Part shown: one piece after another, positions 43,929 to 56,800 of the stretch
How positions within the stretch are numbered: position 1 is the stretch's first letter
Layout: the number at the start of each line of letters is the position of its first letter
Assembly (NCBI RefSeq): GCF_964355755.1
Contig: NC_092673.1
Location: forward strand, 10,230,001 to 10,294,000
Direction: 5' to 3'
Source: Antedon mediterranea
Lineage: Eukaryota > Animalia > Echinodermata
DNA: 64,000 nt
Made by a program: the position numbers and the translations under genes
Notes under the pieces: model-generated
The model's input: the letters and a program-made list of their open reading frames with translations, nothing else
What the model was told of the DNA's origin: nothing
The model's database searches: none

Positions 43929-44341
43929 TCCGCCTTCTAATTTAAATGTTAAAACCGAGCCTACTCAAGCGTGGGACAAAATGTTTTAAAAAACTTTTTG
44001 TCCCACGCTTGAGGAGGCAAGTCTAACAAAATTCATTTTGTCGCGACAAAATGAATTTTGTCTACACAGAATGTATTTTGTCTACACAGAATAAATTTTG
44101 TCTACACAGAATACATTTTGTCGCCACAAAATGAATTTTGTCGTTACAGAATGAATTTTGTCTACACAGAATTAATTTTGTCCACACAGAATTAATTTTG
44201 TCTACACAAAATGAATTTTGTCGTTACAGAATGAATTTTGTCGCCACAAAATAAATTTTGTCGTTACGGAATGAATTTTGTCTACACAGAATTAATTTTG
44301 TCAACACAGAATTAATTTTGTCTTCACAGAATGAATTTTGT
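43929..44341 (+). mobile_element. Fragment of a non-autonomous element with an internal 20-bp near-palindromic array (copy 1)
   Basis: Flank CCGCCTTCTAATTTAAATGTTAAAAC..TTTTGTCCCACGCTTGAG followed by ~16 units of ATGAATTTTGTCTACACAGA-like 20-mers. It is an inverted homolog of 51093-51822. Confidence 0.6.
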
Positions 44342-47300
44342 CAAGTTTCATCGAAATGCACAAAATGGTCTAAAACGTCTCCAAATGCGATTTGAAGCTA
44401 TTTTGTGCACTTTGATTGTTTTTTGTGAAAAGTTTCATCGAAATGCACAAAATGGTCAAAAACGTCTCCAAATACGATAATAAGCTGTTGTATGCACATT
44501 GATGTTTTTGTGTGAAAAAGTCTCATCGAAATGCACAAAATGGTCTAAAACGTCACTAAATCAGTTTTGAAGCTATTCTAAGCACTTTGGTGTTTTTTTA
44601 TGTTACCAAGTTTTTTCGAAATGCACAAAATGGTCAAAAACGTCTCTAAATGCGATTTGAAGTTATTTTGTGCACTTTGATGTTTTGTGTGAAAAGTTTT
44701 ATCGAAATGCTCAAAATGGTCTAAAACGGTTTCAAATGTGATTTTAAGCACTTTGATGTTTTTGAGTAATCAAGTTTCATCGAAATGCACAAAATGGTCT
44801 AAAACGTCTGCAAACGCGATTTGAAGCTATTTTGTGCACTTTGATGTTTTGTGTAATCCAGTTTCATCGAAATGCACAAAATTGTCTAAAACGTCTCCAA
44901 ATACGATATTAAGCTATTGTATGCACTTTGATGTTTTTGTGTGAAAAGTTTTTTCGAAATGCACAAATGGTCTAAAACGTCTCCAAATACGATAATAAGC
45001 TGTTGTATGCACATTGATGTTTTTGTGTTAAAAGTCTCATCGAAATGCACTAAATCCGTTTTGAAGCTATTCTAAGCACTTTGGTGTTTTTTTATGTTAC
45101 CAAGTTTTTTCGAAATGCACAAAATGGTCTAAAAAGTCTCCAAATGCGATTTGAAGCTATTTTGTGCACTTTGATGTTTTGTGTAATGAAACGCACAAAA
45201 TGGTCTAAAACGTCTCCAAATGTGATTTGAAGCTATTTTGTGCACTTTGTTGTTTTGTGTGAAAAGTTTCATCGAAAAGCACAAAAATGGTCTAAAACGT
45301 CTCCAAATACGATGTTAAGCTATTGAATGCACTTTGATGTTTTTGTGTGCAAAGTTTTTCCAAATACACAAAATGGTCTAAAACGTCTCCAAATGCGATT
45401 TGGAGCTCTTTTGTGCACTTTGATATTTTGTGTCAAAAGTTTTATTGAAATGCTCGAAATGGTCTAAAACGGTTTCAAATGTGATTTTAAGCACTTTGAT
45501 GTTTTTGTGGAACCAAGTTTCATCGAAATGCACAAAAAAATCTAAAACGTCTCCAAATGCGATTTAAAGCTATTTTGTGCATTTTAATGTTTTGTGTGAA
45601 AAGTTTTATCGAAATGCTCGAAATGGGCTAAAACGGTTTCAAATGTGATTTTAAGCACTTTGATATTTTTGTGTAATCAAGTTTCATTGAAATGCACAAA
45701 ATGGTCTAAAACGTCTCCAAATGCGATTTGAAGCTATTTTGTGCACTTTGATATTTTGTGTAATGAAACGCACAAAATGGTCTAAAACGTCTCCAAATAC
45801 GACAATAAGCTATTGTATGCACATTGATGTTTTTGTGTGAAAAGTTTCATCGAAATGCACAAAATGGTCTAAAACGTCTCCAAACGCGATTTGAAGCTAT
45901 TTTGTGCACTTTAATAGTTTGTGTGAAAAGTTTAATCGAAATGCTCAAAATGGTCTAAAACGGTTTCAAATGTGATTTTAAGCACTTTGATATTTTTGTG
46001 CAATCAAGTTTTTTCGAAATGGTCTAAAACGTCTCCAAATGCGATTTGAAGCTATTTTGTGCACTTTGATGTTTTGTGTAATGAAACGCACAAAATGGTC
46101 TAAAACGTCTGCAAAAGCGATTTGAAGCTATTTTGTGCACTTTGATGTTTTGTGTGAAAAGTTTCATCGAAATGCACAAAATGGTCTAAAACTTCTCCAA
46201 ATACGATATTAAGCTATTTTATGCACTTTGATGTTTTTGTGTGAAAAGTTTTTTCGAAATGCACAAAATGGTCTAAAACGGTTTCAAATGTGATTTTAAG
46301 CACTTTGATATTTTTGTGTAATCAAGTTTCATCGAAATGCACAAAATGGTCTAAAACGTCTCCAAATGGGATTTTAAGCTATTTTGTGCACTTTGATGTT
46401 TTGTGTAATGAAAGGCACAAAATGGTCTAAAACGTCTCCAAATACGATAATAAGCTGTTGTATGCACATTGATGTTTTTGTGTGAAAAGTTTCATTGAAA
46501 TGCACAAAATGGTCTAAAACGTCTCCAAATGCGATTTGAAGCTATTTTGTGCACTTTAATAGTTTGTGTGATAAGTTTTATCGAAATGCTCAAAATGGTC
46601 TAAAACGGTTTCAAATGTGATTTTAAGCACTTTGATATTTTTGTGTAATCAAGTTTTTTCAAAATGCACAAAATGGTCTAAAACGTCTGCATATGCGATT
46701 TGAAGCTATTTGTGCACTTTGATGTTTTGTGTGAAAAGTTTCATCGAAATGCAAAAAATGATCTAAAACGTCTCCAAATACGATATTAAGCTATTGTATG
46801 CACTTTGATGTTTTTGTGTGAAAAGTTTTTTTGAAATGCACAAAATGGTCTAAAACGTCTCCAAATGCGATTTGGAGCTTTTTTGTGCACTTTGATGTTT
46901 TGTGTCAAAATTTCTATAGAAATGCTCGAAATGGTCTAAAACGGTTTCAAATGTGATTTTAAGCACTTTGATATTTTTGTGTAGCCAAGTTTTAAAGGCA
47001 AAAAAAATCTAAAACGTCTCCAAATGCGATTTAAAGCTATATTGTGCACTTTAATGTTTTGTGTGAAAAATTTTATCGAAATGCTCAAAATGGTCTAAAA
47101 CGGTTTCAAATGTGATTTTAAGTACTTTGATGTTTTTATGTAACCAAGTTTCATCGAAATGCACAAAATGGTCTAAGACGTCTCCAAATGCAATTTGAAG
47201 CTATTTTGTGCACTTTGATGTTTTGTGTGAAAAGTTTCATCGAAATGCACAAAATGGTCTAAAACGTCTCCAAATGCGATTTGAAGCTATTTTGTGCACT

Positions 47301-47878
47301 TTGATGTTTTGTGTGAAAAGTTTCATCGAAATGCACAAAATGGTCTAAAACGTCTCCAAATCCGTTTTGAAGCTATTCTAAGCACTTTGGTGTTTTTATG
47401 TTAACAATTTTTTTCCAAATTCTCAAAATGTTCTAATACGGTTTCAAATGTGATTTTAAGGACTTTGATGTTTTTGTGTAATCAAGTTTCATCGAAATGC
47501 ACAAAATGGTCTAAAACGTCTCCAAATGCGATTTGAAGCTATTTTGTGCACTTTTATGTTTTGTGTGAATAGTTTCATCGAAATGCACAAAATGGTCTAA
47601 AACGTCTCCAAATACGATATTAAGCTATTGTATGCACTTTTATGTTTTTGTGTGAAAAGTTTTTTCGAAATGCACAAAATGGTCTAAAATGTCTCCAAAT
47701 GCGATTTGGAGCTCATTTGTGCATTTTGATGGTTTGTGTCAAATGTTTTATAGAAATGCTCGAAATGGTCTAAAACGGTTTCAAATGTGATTTTAAGCAC
47801 TTTGATGTTTTTGTGTGAAAAGTTTCTTAGAAATGCACAAAATGGTCTAAAACGTCTCCAAATCCGTTTTGAAGCTAT
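44341..47878. repeat. ~86-bp AT-rich satellite with ~77-bp deletion variants, about 40 copies
   Basis: AAGTTTCATCGAAATGCACAAAATGGTCTAAAACGTCTCCAAATGCGATTTGAAGCTATTTTGTGCACTTTGATGTTTTGTGTGAA; period 86 at 47151/47237/47323; internal inverted repeat GCACAAAAT/ATTTTGTGC. Confidence 0.95.
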
Positions 47879-49512
47879 TAGATCAGCGAGAGAGAGATAG
47901 ATCAGCGAGAGAGAGATAGATCAGCGAGAGAGAGATAGATCAGCGAGAGAGAGATAGATCAGCGAGTGAGAGATAGATCAGCGATAGAGAGATAGATCAG
48001 CGAGAGAGAGATAGATCAGTGATAGAGAGATAGATCAGTGAGAGAGAGATAGATCAGCGAGAGAGAGATAGATCAGCGAGAGAGAGATAGATCAGCAAGA
48101 GAGAGAGATAGATCAGCGAGAGAGAGATAGATCAGCGAGAGAGAGATAGATCAGCGAGAGAGAGATAGATCAGCGAGAGAGAGATAGATCAGCGAGAGAG
48201 AAATAGATCAGCGAGCGAGAGACAGATCAGCGAGAGAGAGATAGATCAGCGAGAGAGAGATAGATCAGCGAGAGAGATAGAGATAGATCAGCGAGCGAGA
48301 GATAGATCAGCGAGAGAGAGATAGATCAGCGAGAGAGAGATAGATCAGCGAGAGAGAGAGATATAGATCAGCGAGAAAGAGATAGATCAGCGCGAGAGAG
48401 ATATCAGAGAGAGAGAAAGATAGATCAGCGAGAGAGAGATAGATCAGCGAGAGAGAGAGATAGATCAGTGAGAGAGAGATAGATCAGCGAGAGAGAGATA
48501 GATCAGCGAGAGAGAGATAGATCAGCAGGAGAGAGAGATAGATCAGCGAGAGAGAGAGATAGATCAGCGAGAGAGAGATAGATCAGCGAGAGAGAGATAG
48601 ATCAGCGAGAGAGAGATAGATCAGCGAGAGAGAGATAGATCAGCGAGCGAGAGATAGATCAGCGAGAGAGAGATAGATCAGCGAGAGAGAGACAGATCAG
48701 CGAGAGAGAGAGATATAGATCAGCGAGAAAGAAATAGATCAGCGCGAGAGAGATATCAGAGAGAGAGAGAGAGATAGATCAGCGAGAGAGAGATAGATCA
48801 GCGAGAGAGAGAGAGATAGATCAGCGAGAGAGAGAGAGATAGATCAGCGAAAGAGAGAGATAGATCAGCCAGAGAGAGAGAGAGATAGATCAGCGAGAGA
48901 GAGAGAGATAGATCAGCGAGAGAGAGATAGATCAGCGAGAGAGAGATAGATCAGTGATAGAGAGATAGATCGGCGAGAGAGAGAGATAGATCAGCGAGAG
49001 AGAGATAGATCAGCGAGAGAGAGATAGATCAGCGAGAGAGAGATAGATCCGCGAGAGAGAGATAGATCAGCGAGAGAGAGATAGATCAGCGAGAGAGATA
49101 GATCAGCGAGAGAGATAGATCAGCGAGAGAGAGATAGATCAGCGAGAGAGAGAGAGAGAGAGAGATAGATCAGCGAGAGAGAGATAGATCAGCGAGAGAG
49201 AGAGAGAGAGATAGATCAGCGAGAGAGAGAGATAGATCAGCGAGAGAGAGAGAGAGATAGATCAGCGAGGAGGAGAGATAGATCAGCGAGAGAGAGAGAT
49301 AGATCAGCGACAGAGAGAGAGAGAGAGATAGATCAGCGACAGAGAGAGATAGATCAGCGACAGAGAGAGATAGATAAGCGACAGAGAGAGATAGATCAGC
49401 GACAGAGAGAGATAGATCAGCGAGAGAGAGAGCTAGAGATAGATCAGCGAGAGAGAGAGAGAGAGATAGATCAGCGAGAGAGAGAGAGATAGATCAGCGA
49501 GAGAGAGATAGA

Positions 49513-49543
<31 letters not shown>

Positions 49544-50891
49544 TAGATCAGCGCGAGAGAGAGATAGATCAGCAAGAGAGAGAGATAAATCAGCGAGAGA
49601 GAGAGAGAGATAGATCAGCGAGAGAGAGATAGATCAGCGAGAGAGAGAGATAGATCAGCGAGAGAGAGATAGATCAGCGATAGAAAGATAGATCAGCGAG
49701 AGAGTTAGATCAGCGAGAGAGAGATAGAACAGCGAGAGAGAGATAGATTAGCCAGAGAGAGATAGATCAGCGAGAGAGAGATAGATCAGCGAGAGAGAGA
49801 TAGATCAGCGAGAGAGATAGATCAGCGAGAGAGAGATAGATCAGCGAGAGAGAGAGATAGATCAGCGCGAGAGAGAGATAGATCAGCGAGAGAGAGAGAT
49901 AGATCAGCGAGAGAGAGAGAGAGATAGATCAGCGAGAGAGAGATAGATCAGCGAGAGAGAGAGATAGATCAGCGAGAGAAAGATAGATCAGTGATAGAGA
50001 GATAGATCATCGAGAGAGATAGATCAGCGAGAGAGAGATAGATCAGCGAGAGAGAGATAGATCAGCGAGAGATATAGATCAGCGAGAGAGATAGATTAGC
50101 GAGAGAGAGATAAGATCAGCGAGAGAGAGAGAGAGATCAGCGAGAGAGAGATAGATCAGCGAGAGAGAGATAGATCAGCGAGAGAGAGATAGATTAGCGA
50201 GAGAAAGATAGATCAGTGAGAGAGAGATAGATCGGCGAGAGAGAGATAGATCAGCGAGAGAGAGATAGATCAGCGAGAGAGATAGATCAGCGAGAGAGAT
50301 AGATCAGCGAGAGAGATAGATCAGTGAGAGAGAGATAGATCAGCGAGAGAGAGAGAGAGAGATAGATCAGCGAGAGAGAGATAGATCAGCGAGAGAGAGA
50401 GAGAGATCAGCGAGAGAGAGATAGATCAGCGAGAGAGAGATAGATCAGCGAGAGAGAGAGATAGATCAGCGAGAGAGAGAGGTAGATCAGCGAGAGAGAG
50501 GTAGATCAGCGAGAGAGAGATAGATCAGCGAGAGAGAGATAGATCAGCGAGAGAGAGATAGATCAGCGAGAGAGAGAGATAGATCAGCGAGAGAGAGATA
50601 GATCAGCGAGAGAGACACAGATCAGCGAGAGAGAGATAGATCAGCGAGAGAGAGATAGATCAGCGAGAGAGAGATAGATCAGTGAGAGAGAGATAGATCA
50701 GCGAGAGAGAGATAGATCAGCGAGAGAGAGATAGATCAGCGAGAGAGAGAGATAGATCAGCGAGAGAGAGATAGATCAGCGAGCGAGAGATAGATCAGCG
50801 AGAGAGAGATATATCAGCGAGAGAGAGATAGATCAGCGAGAGAGAGATAGATCAGCTAGAGAGATAGATCAGCGAGAGAGAGAGATAGATC
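47879..50891 (-). repeat. Inverted block of the CT satellite, (GA)nTAGATCAGC on the plus strand
   Basis: Monomer is the exact reverse complement of that in 10055-43318. Confidence 0.98.
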
Positions 50892-51092
50892 GAAGAAATT
50901 TGGTTAATGCAATCTAGGAACAATGAAGCGCAACCAGTACGCTACTTGAAAGATATCTCTTAATTGTTGTTATTATTTGACAATATTTGGACTTTTATTT
51001 GGTGTTGAACTCATAGTGATAAACAAGGAACTCATATAAAAGGAAAGTACACTTTTTATTACAGAACCCATTGCTAGATCCAAGTGATTTAG

Positions 51093-51822
51093 TACGGGGC
51101 GCCGTATGGGACATTGCTAATTTTGTCGAAATATTACAATTTTGTCTACACAAAATGAATTTTGCCAATACAAAATTCATTTTGTCAACACAAAATTCAT
51201 TTTGTATTGACAAAATTCATTTTGTGTTGACAAAATTTATTCTGTGTGGACAAAATTAATTTTGTCTTGACAAAATTCATTTTATCTCGACAAAATTAAT
51301 TCTGTGTAAACAAAATTCATTCTGTGTAGGCAAAATTAATTCTGTGTTGACAAAATTAATTTTGTCTTGACAAAATTCATTTTATCTCGACAAAATTAAT
51401 TCTGTGTAAACAAAATTCATTCTGTGTAGGGAAAATTAATTCTGTGTTGACAAAATTAATTCTGTGTAGACAAAATTCATTCTGTAACGACAAAATTCAT
51501 TTTGTGGCGACAAAATTCATTCTGTAACGACAAAATTCATTTTTTGTAGACAAAATTAATTCTGTGTAGACAAAATTAATTCTGTGTGGACAAAATTCAT
51601 TTTGTGGCGACAAAATGTATTCTGTGTAGACAACATTTATTCTGTGTAGACAAAATTCATTATGTGTAGAAAAAATTAATTCTGTGTAGACAAAATTCAT
51701 TCTGTGTAGACAAAATTCGTTTTGTTGCAACAAAATTCGTTTTGTCGCGACAAAATGAATTTTGTTAGCCGAGCCTACTCAAGCGTGGGACAAAACGTTT
51801 TAACATTTAAATTAGAAGGCGG
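51093..51822 (-). mobile_element. Non-autonomous element with a 20-bp array (copy 2, inverted) and a palindromic TACGGGGCGCCGTA end
   Basis: About 32 units of GACAAAATTAATTCTGTGTA-like 20-mers at 51120-51768. The right flank is the reverse complement of 43929-44025. TACGG..CCGTA terminus at 51093-51106. Confidence 0.6.
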
Positions 51823-52975
51823 GGTTGTTATTGGAAACTCGAAGATTGACAGTTCTAGGCCTACGATCAAACAGCGCGCGAATATCATTTTACAACCTCC
51901 TCTACACCGGTGCCAACAAATTGTTAATAGGTAAAGAAAATTAATTTATCTACCGTGAGTAAAAGCAAACTAATTGAGCAACAGTCTAATATGGAACTTG
52001 AATACTTTGCGTCGAGTATAAGTACAGTTTATACTGACGTATAACAATATTATTGTACACTTAAAATTAATTCCGATTCAGAAAAACGGAACACGTAGCC
52101 CTATATGCCTACCAATTTTGGTAATAAATATTAAAGATGGTTGAAGATTTATATCGATACCGATAATATTGATTACAAAAATGACAACACTATTTCAGAT
52201 AACATCTGATAAGTTGATTAGTAATGAAATGATTTTAGTTAATACATTTCTTTTAATATAATAGTTAGTATAGGCCTATTTATTCTTATGGGATTTTCTT
52301 CGTCTATTATAGGCTACCAAGTTTATTTGATAGGAATACTAAATTGCTAATAGGCCTAACTCAAGGGAACAAAACTAAGATATATCTCTTAAGACATATT
52401 ATATTAATTGTCTCTAATTGGAATAATAGAGATATCTTTATTGAAAAGATATCTTGGTTATAAACATGGATATATCTCTATTGGAACCTAAGATCTATAT
52501 TGTAAACTAACTACACCTATTAAAAACTAAGATATTTTAGTTGCCTAAAAAATGACAGTTTGGTACGCCATAGATTATGATATTGCAAATTGTCGTTAAA
52601 AAGTTAAATTTAATTTCAAATTTACGTTTAACTATTAGTTTTACTCTCGGTTGCATATTATTATATATTTACACCCTCGAAAGATATAATTCAACTTTGA
52701 CCAAATAGTTATATGGGTGTTCACACAACTGACATATGGCGCCTCTCAAGTATCCATTCCCATGGCAGTGTATATAACCTTTCCACCTTCTCCATCGTTG
52801 ATTTTATTTATTATACATTGCTAATTGCAAATAATTGTTTTTAGGTTTACATTGTTCTTTGTACTTTTAATGTACGTATTCAGTTTTTGGGTGGCTTGAT
52901 AAGATTGATGTTAAATAAATGCATTTTCCACTAATAAAATATGGAATTGTATCGAGAGAGTATCGTAATTTCGGG

Positions 52976-53211
52976 CAGAATGGTTATCGGTCTGGAAAGG
53001 TCATTATTACACTTTCTGGGGTGTTGATATTTATACATCGAATGTTCGAATCGAATCGAATAGCTCCATTATTGAAGATTAACCGAAGAGGTCCTAGACA
53101 ACTTGCGTAATCTTGGAGAAGCCCAGAACCTCAGTCAAACCAGAATGGTTTTCGGTCTGGAAAGGTTATTATTACACTGTCTGGGGTGTTGATATTTATA
53201 CATCGAATGTT
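52976..53211. repeat. ~70-bp direct repeat pair
   Basis: CAGAATGGTT.TCGGTCTGGAAAGGT.ATTATTACACT.TCTGGGGTGTTGATATTTATACATCGAATGTT at ~52976-53046 and ~53141-53211. Confidence 0.85.
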
Positions 53212-53673
53212 TTATGGGCAATCAGTCCTGAACCTAGCCAACGTAGGCTACCTGGCCTACTTACTACTGTAGGTTAAAGGTTATTAGGTTTCGCAGGGTG
53301 AATGACTGTTATAATAAAACTAACGTGAGCAATCTTTTGTAGTCAGTTCTTTAAATTTTTTTTTTCAAATAATTATTATTTCTGCAATGACTATTATTAT
53401 CTTAAAGATATATTGTCCCCTGAAAAAAAGATTAGGTACGTAACGAAGATAAATTAATTTCTTTTTACATTAAATTGAGGGCGCTAAACAAAAAATTTAC
53501 GAGATCAAACACATGCAGCGAAAGCCAAAAACATTTTTAAAATGTGCTCTCCCTGCGACCACATCATCACCAGGTGCATTGCTAGTGCCTTCTCAAGATG
53601 AGTGGTGGAAAGGGGGACGTAAATTCTGTGAACCCCAAACACAGTTGGTTGCATACCTTTAACTCTATTTCAC

Positions 53674-53746
53674 CAACCAGCGTGGGAATCGAACCCACGA
53701 CATACGTGTTGTCAACACGACGCTCAGTCGTCTGAGCTAACTGGCC
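53674..53746 (-). tRNA. tRNA-like gene or pseudogene, anticodon GAC (Val) on an Ile-like body; possibly a SINE head
   Basis: GGCCAGT TA GCTC AGACGACT GAGC G TCGTG TTGACAA CACGT ATGTC GTGGG TTCGATT CCCAC GCTGGTT G folds as a 73-nt cloverleaf. It lacks the D-loop GG, has three G-U pairs in the acceptor stem, and has no immediate oligo-T terminator. Confidence 0.6.
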
Positions 53747-53850
53747 ATTTTGGTTTTAAAAAGGTTAATATGATATTTATGACCTAATGATGAATTACGT
53801 AATACACTTATAAATAGACTATTATAAACTGTTCTGGCGTGTACTACTTT

Positions 53851-56800
53851 ATGGCATAACGGTAATGCTCAGTTTTGAGTGCTCCCAGTAGTGGGTTCGA
53901 ACCTGTAAGGATATTTTTTTTTTATTTGAAAATAAATATTGTTTTTGAAAGTGAGATATTTTGAGGGTTGTAAATGTCAGGCCTAAACAAGTGGACATTT
54001 TTTTCAAACAGAAACAAAGTTGCATGGCATTATTTTTCATTGGTTGATCATTCATTCCATAAAAATAGACTGTTATCAGCTGTTCAGTCATTTAATGGTT
54101 TGTGGGGTAACCGGCAGTGCTTAGGTTTGAGTTCTCTCAGTGGTGGATTCGAACCTCTACGAATAATTTTTTTCTTTTTTTTTTAAATTGAAAATAAATA
54201 TTGTTTTTGAAAGTGAGATATTTTGAGGGTTGTAAATGTCAGGCCTAAACAAGTGGACCTTTTTTAAAATCAGAAACAAAGTTTGCATTGCATTGATTGA
54301 TCATTCATTTCATATAAATAGACTATTATCAGCTCCTCAGTCATCTACTGGTTTGTGGCGTAACGGATAATGCTCAGGTTTGAGTGCTCTCAGTAGTGGG
54401 TTTGAACCTCTAGGGATTTTTTTTTTAAATTGAAAATAAATATTGTTTTTGAAAGTGAGATATTTTGAGGGTTGTAAATATCAGGCCTAAACAAGTGGAC
54501 CTTTTTTTAAATCAGAAACAAAGTTGCATGGCATTATTTTTCATTGATTTATTATTTATTTCAAATAAATAGAGTATTATCAGCTCTTCAGTCATCTACT
54601 GGTTTGTGGCGTAAAGGGTAATGCTCAAGTTTGAGTGCTCTCACTAGTGGGTTCGAACCTCTACGGATATTTTTTTTTTTTTTTTTTAATTTAAAATAAA
54701 TATTGTTTTTGAAAGTGAGATATTTTGAGGGTTGTAAATGTCAGGCCTAAACAAGTGAACCTTTTTTAAAATCAGAAACAAAGTTGCAAGGCATTATTTT
54801 TCATTGATTTATTATTCTTTTCATATAAATAGAGTATTATCAGCTCTTCAGTCATCTACTGGTTTGAGGCGTAACGGGTAATGCTCAAGTTTGAATGCTC
54901 GCAGTAGTGGGTTCGAACCTCTAGGGATATATCTTTTCTTTCTTTTTTAAATTGAAAATAAATATTTTTTTTGAAAGTGAGATATTTTGAGGGTTGTAAA
55001 TGTCAGGCCTAAACAAATGAACCTTTTTTAAAATCAGAAACAAAGTTGCATGGCATTATTTTTCATTGATTGATCATTAATTTCATATAAATAGACTATT
55101 ATCAGCTCTTCAGTTATCTACTGGTTTGTGGCGTAACGGGTAATACCCAGGTTTGAGTGCTCTCAGTAGCGGGTTCCAGCCTCTAGGGATATTGCTTTTT
55201 TTTTCTTATTGAAAATAAATATTTTTTTTAAAAATGAGATATTTTTAATAGTTGTGAATGTCAGGCCTAAACAAATGGATCTTTTTTTAAATCAGAAACA
55301 AAGTTGCATGGCATTATTTTTCATTGATTGATCATTCATTTCATATAAATAGACTATTATCAGCTCTTCAGTCATCTACTGGTTTCTGGCGTAACGGGTA
55401 ATGCTCAGGTTTGAGTGCTCTCAGTAGTGGGTTGGAACCTCTAGGGATTTTTTTTTTTAAATTGAAAATAAATATTGTTTTTGAAAGTGAGGTATTTTGA
55501 GAGTTGTAAATATCAGGCCTAAACAAGTGGACCTTTTTTAAAATCAGAAACAAAGTTGCATGGCATTATTTTCCATTGATTTATTATTTATTTCATATAA
55601 ATAGACTGTTATCAGCTCTTCAGTCATATACTGGTTTACGGCGTAACGGGTAATGCTCAGGTTTGAGTGATTTTAATAGTGGGTTCGAACTTCCAGGGAT
55701 ATTTTTTTTCTTTTTTTTTTATTTGAAAATAAATATTGTTTTTGAAAGTAAGATATTTTTATGGTTTTAAATGTCAAGCCTAACCAAGTGGACCTTTTTT
55801 AAATCAGAAACAAAGTTGCATAACATCATTTTACATTGATGGATCATTCATTTCATATAAATAGACTATTATCAGCTCTTCACTCATCTACTGGTTTGTG
55901 GCGTAACCGGTAGTGCTCAGGTTTGAGTTCTCGCAGTCGTGAGTTCGAACTTCTACGAATATCTTTTTTCTTTCTTTTTTTTTAATTGAAAATAAATATT
56001 GTTTTTAAAAGTGAGATATTTTGAGTGTTGTAAATGTCAGGCCTAAACAAGTGGACATTTTTAAAAATCAGAAACAAAGTTGCATGGCATTATTTTTCAT
56101 TGATTGATCATTCATTTCATATAAATATACTATTATCAGCTCCTCAGTCAACTACTGGTTTGTGGCGTAACGGATAATGCTCAGGTTTGAGTGCTCTCAG
56201 AAGTGGGTTCGAACCTCTAGGGATTTTTTTTTTTAAATTGAAAATAAATATTGTTTTTGAAAGTGAGATATTTTGAGGGTTGTAAATATCAGGCCTAAAC
56301 AAGTGGACCTTTTTTAAAATCAGAAACAAAGTTGCATGGCATTATTTTTCATTGATTTATTATTTATTTCATATAAATAGACTATTATCAGCTCTTCAGT
56401 AATATACTGGTTTGCGGCGTAACGTGTAATTCGCAGGTTTGAGTGATTTCAATAGTGGGTTCGAACTTCTAGGGATATTTTTTTTCTTTTTTTTATTTGA
56501 AAATAAATATTGTTTTTGAAAGAGAGATATTTTTATGGTTTTAAATGTCAAGCCTAACCAAGTGGACCTTTTTTTAAATCAGAAACAAAGTTGCATAACA
56601 TCATTTTACATTGATGGATCATTCATTTCATATAAATAGACTATTATCAGCTCTTCACTCATCTACTGGTTTGTGGCGTAACCGGTAATGCTCAGGTTTG
56701 AGTTCTCTCAGTAGTGGGTTCGAACCTCTAGGAATATTTTTTTTTCTTTTTTTTTTGTTTGAAAATAAATATTGTTTTTGAAAGTGAGACATTTTTATGG

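Noticed and set aside
44024-47878. CRISPR-like appearance of the palindromic 20-bp and 86-bp repeats
   Set aside because: No unique spacers, no cas genes, and eukaryotic context with spliceosomal introns.
50995-51934. ORFs with NEFC/INFV repeats
   Set aside because: Products of the 20-bp minisatellite.
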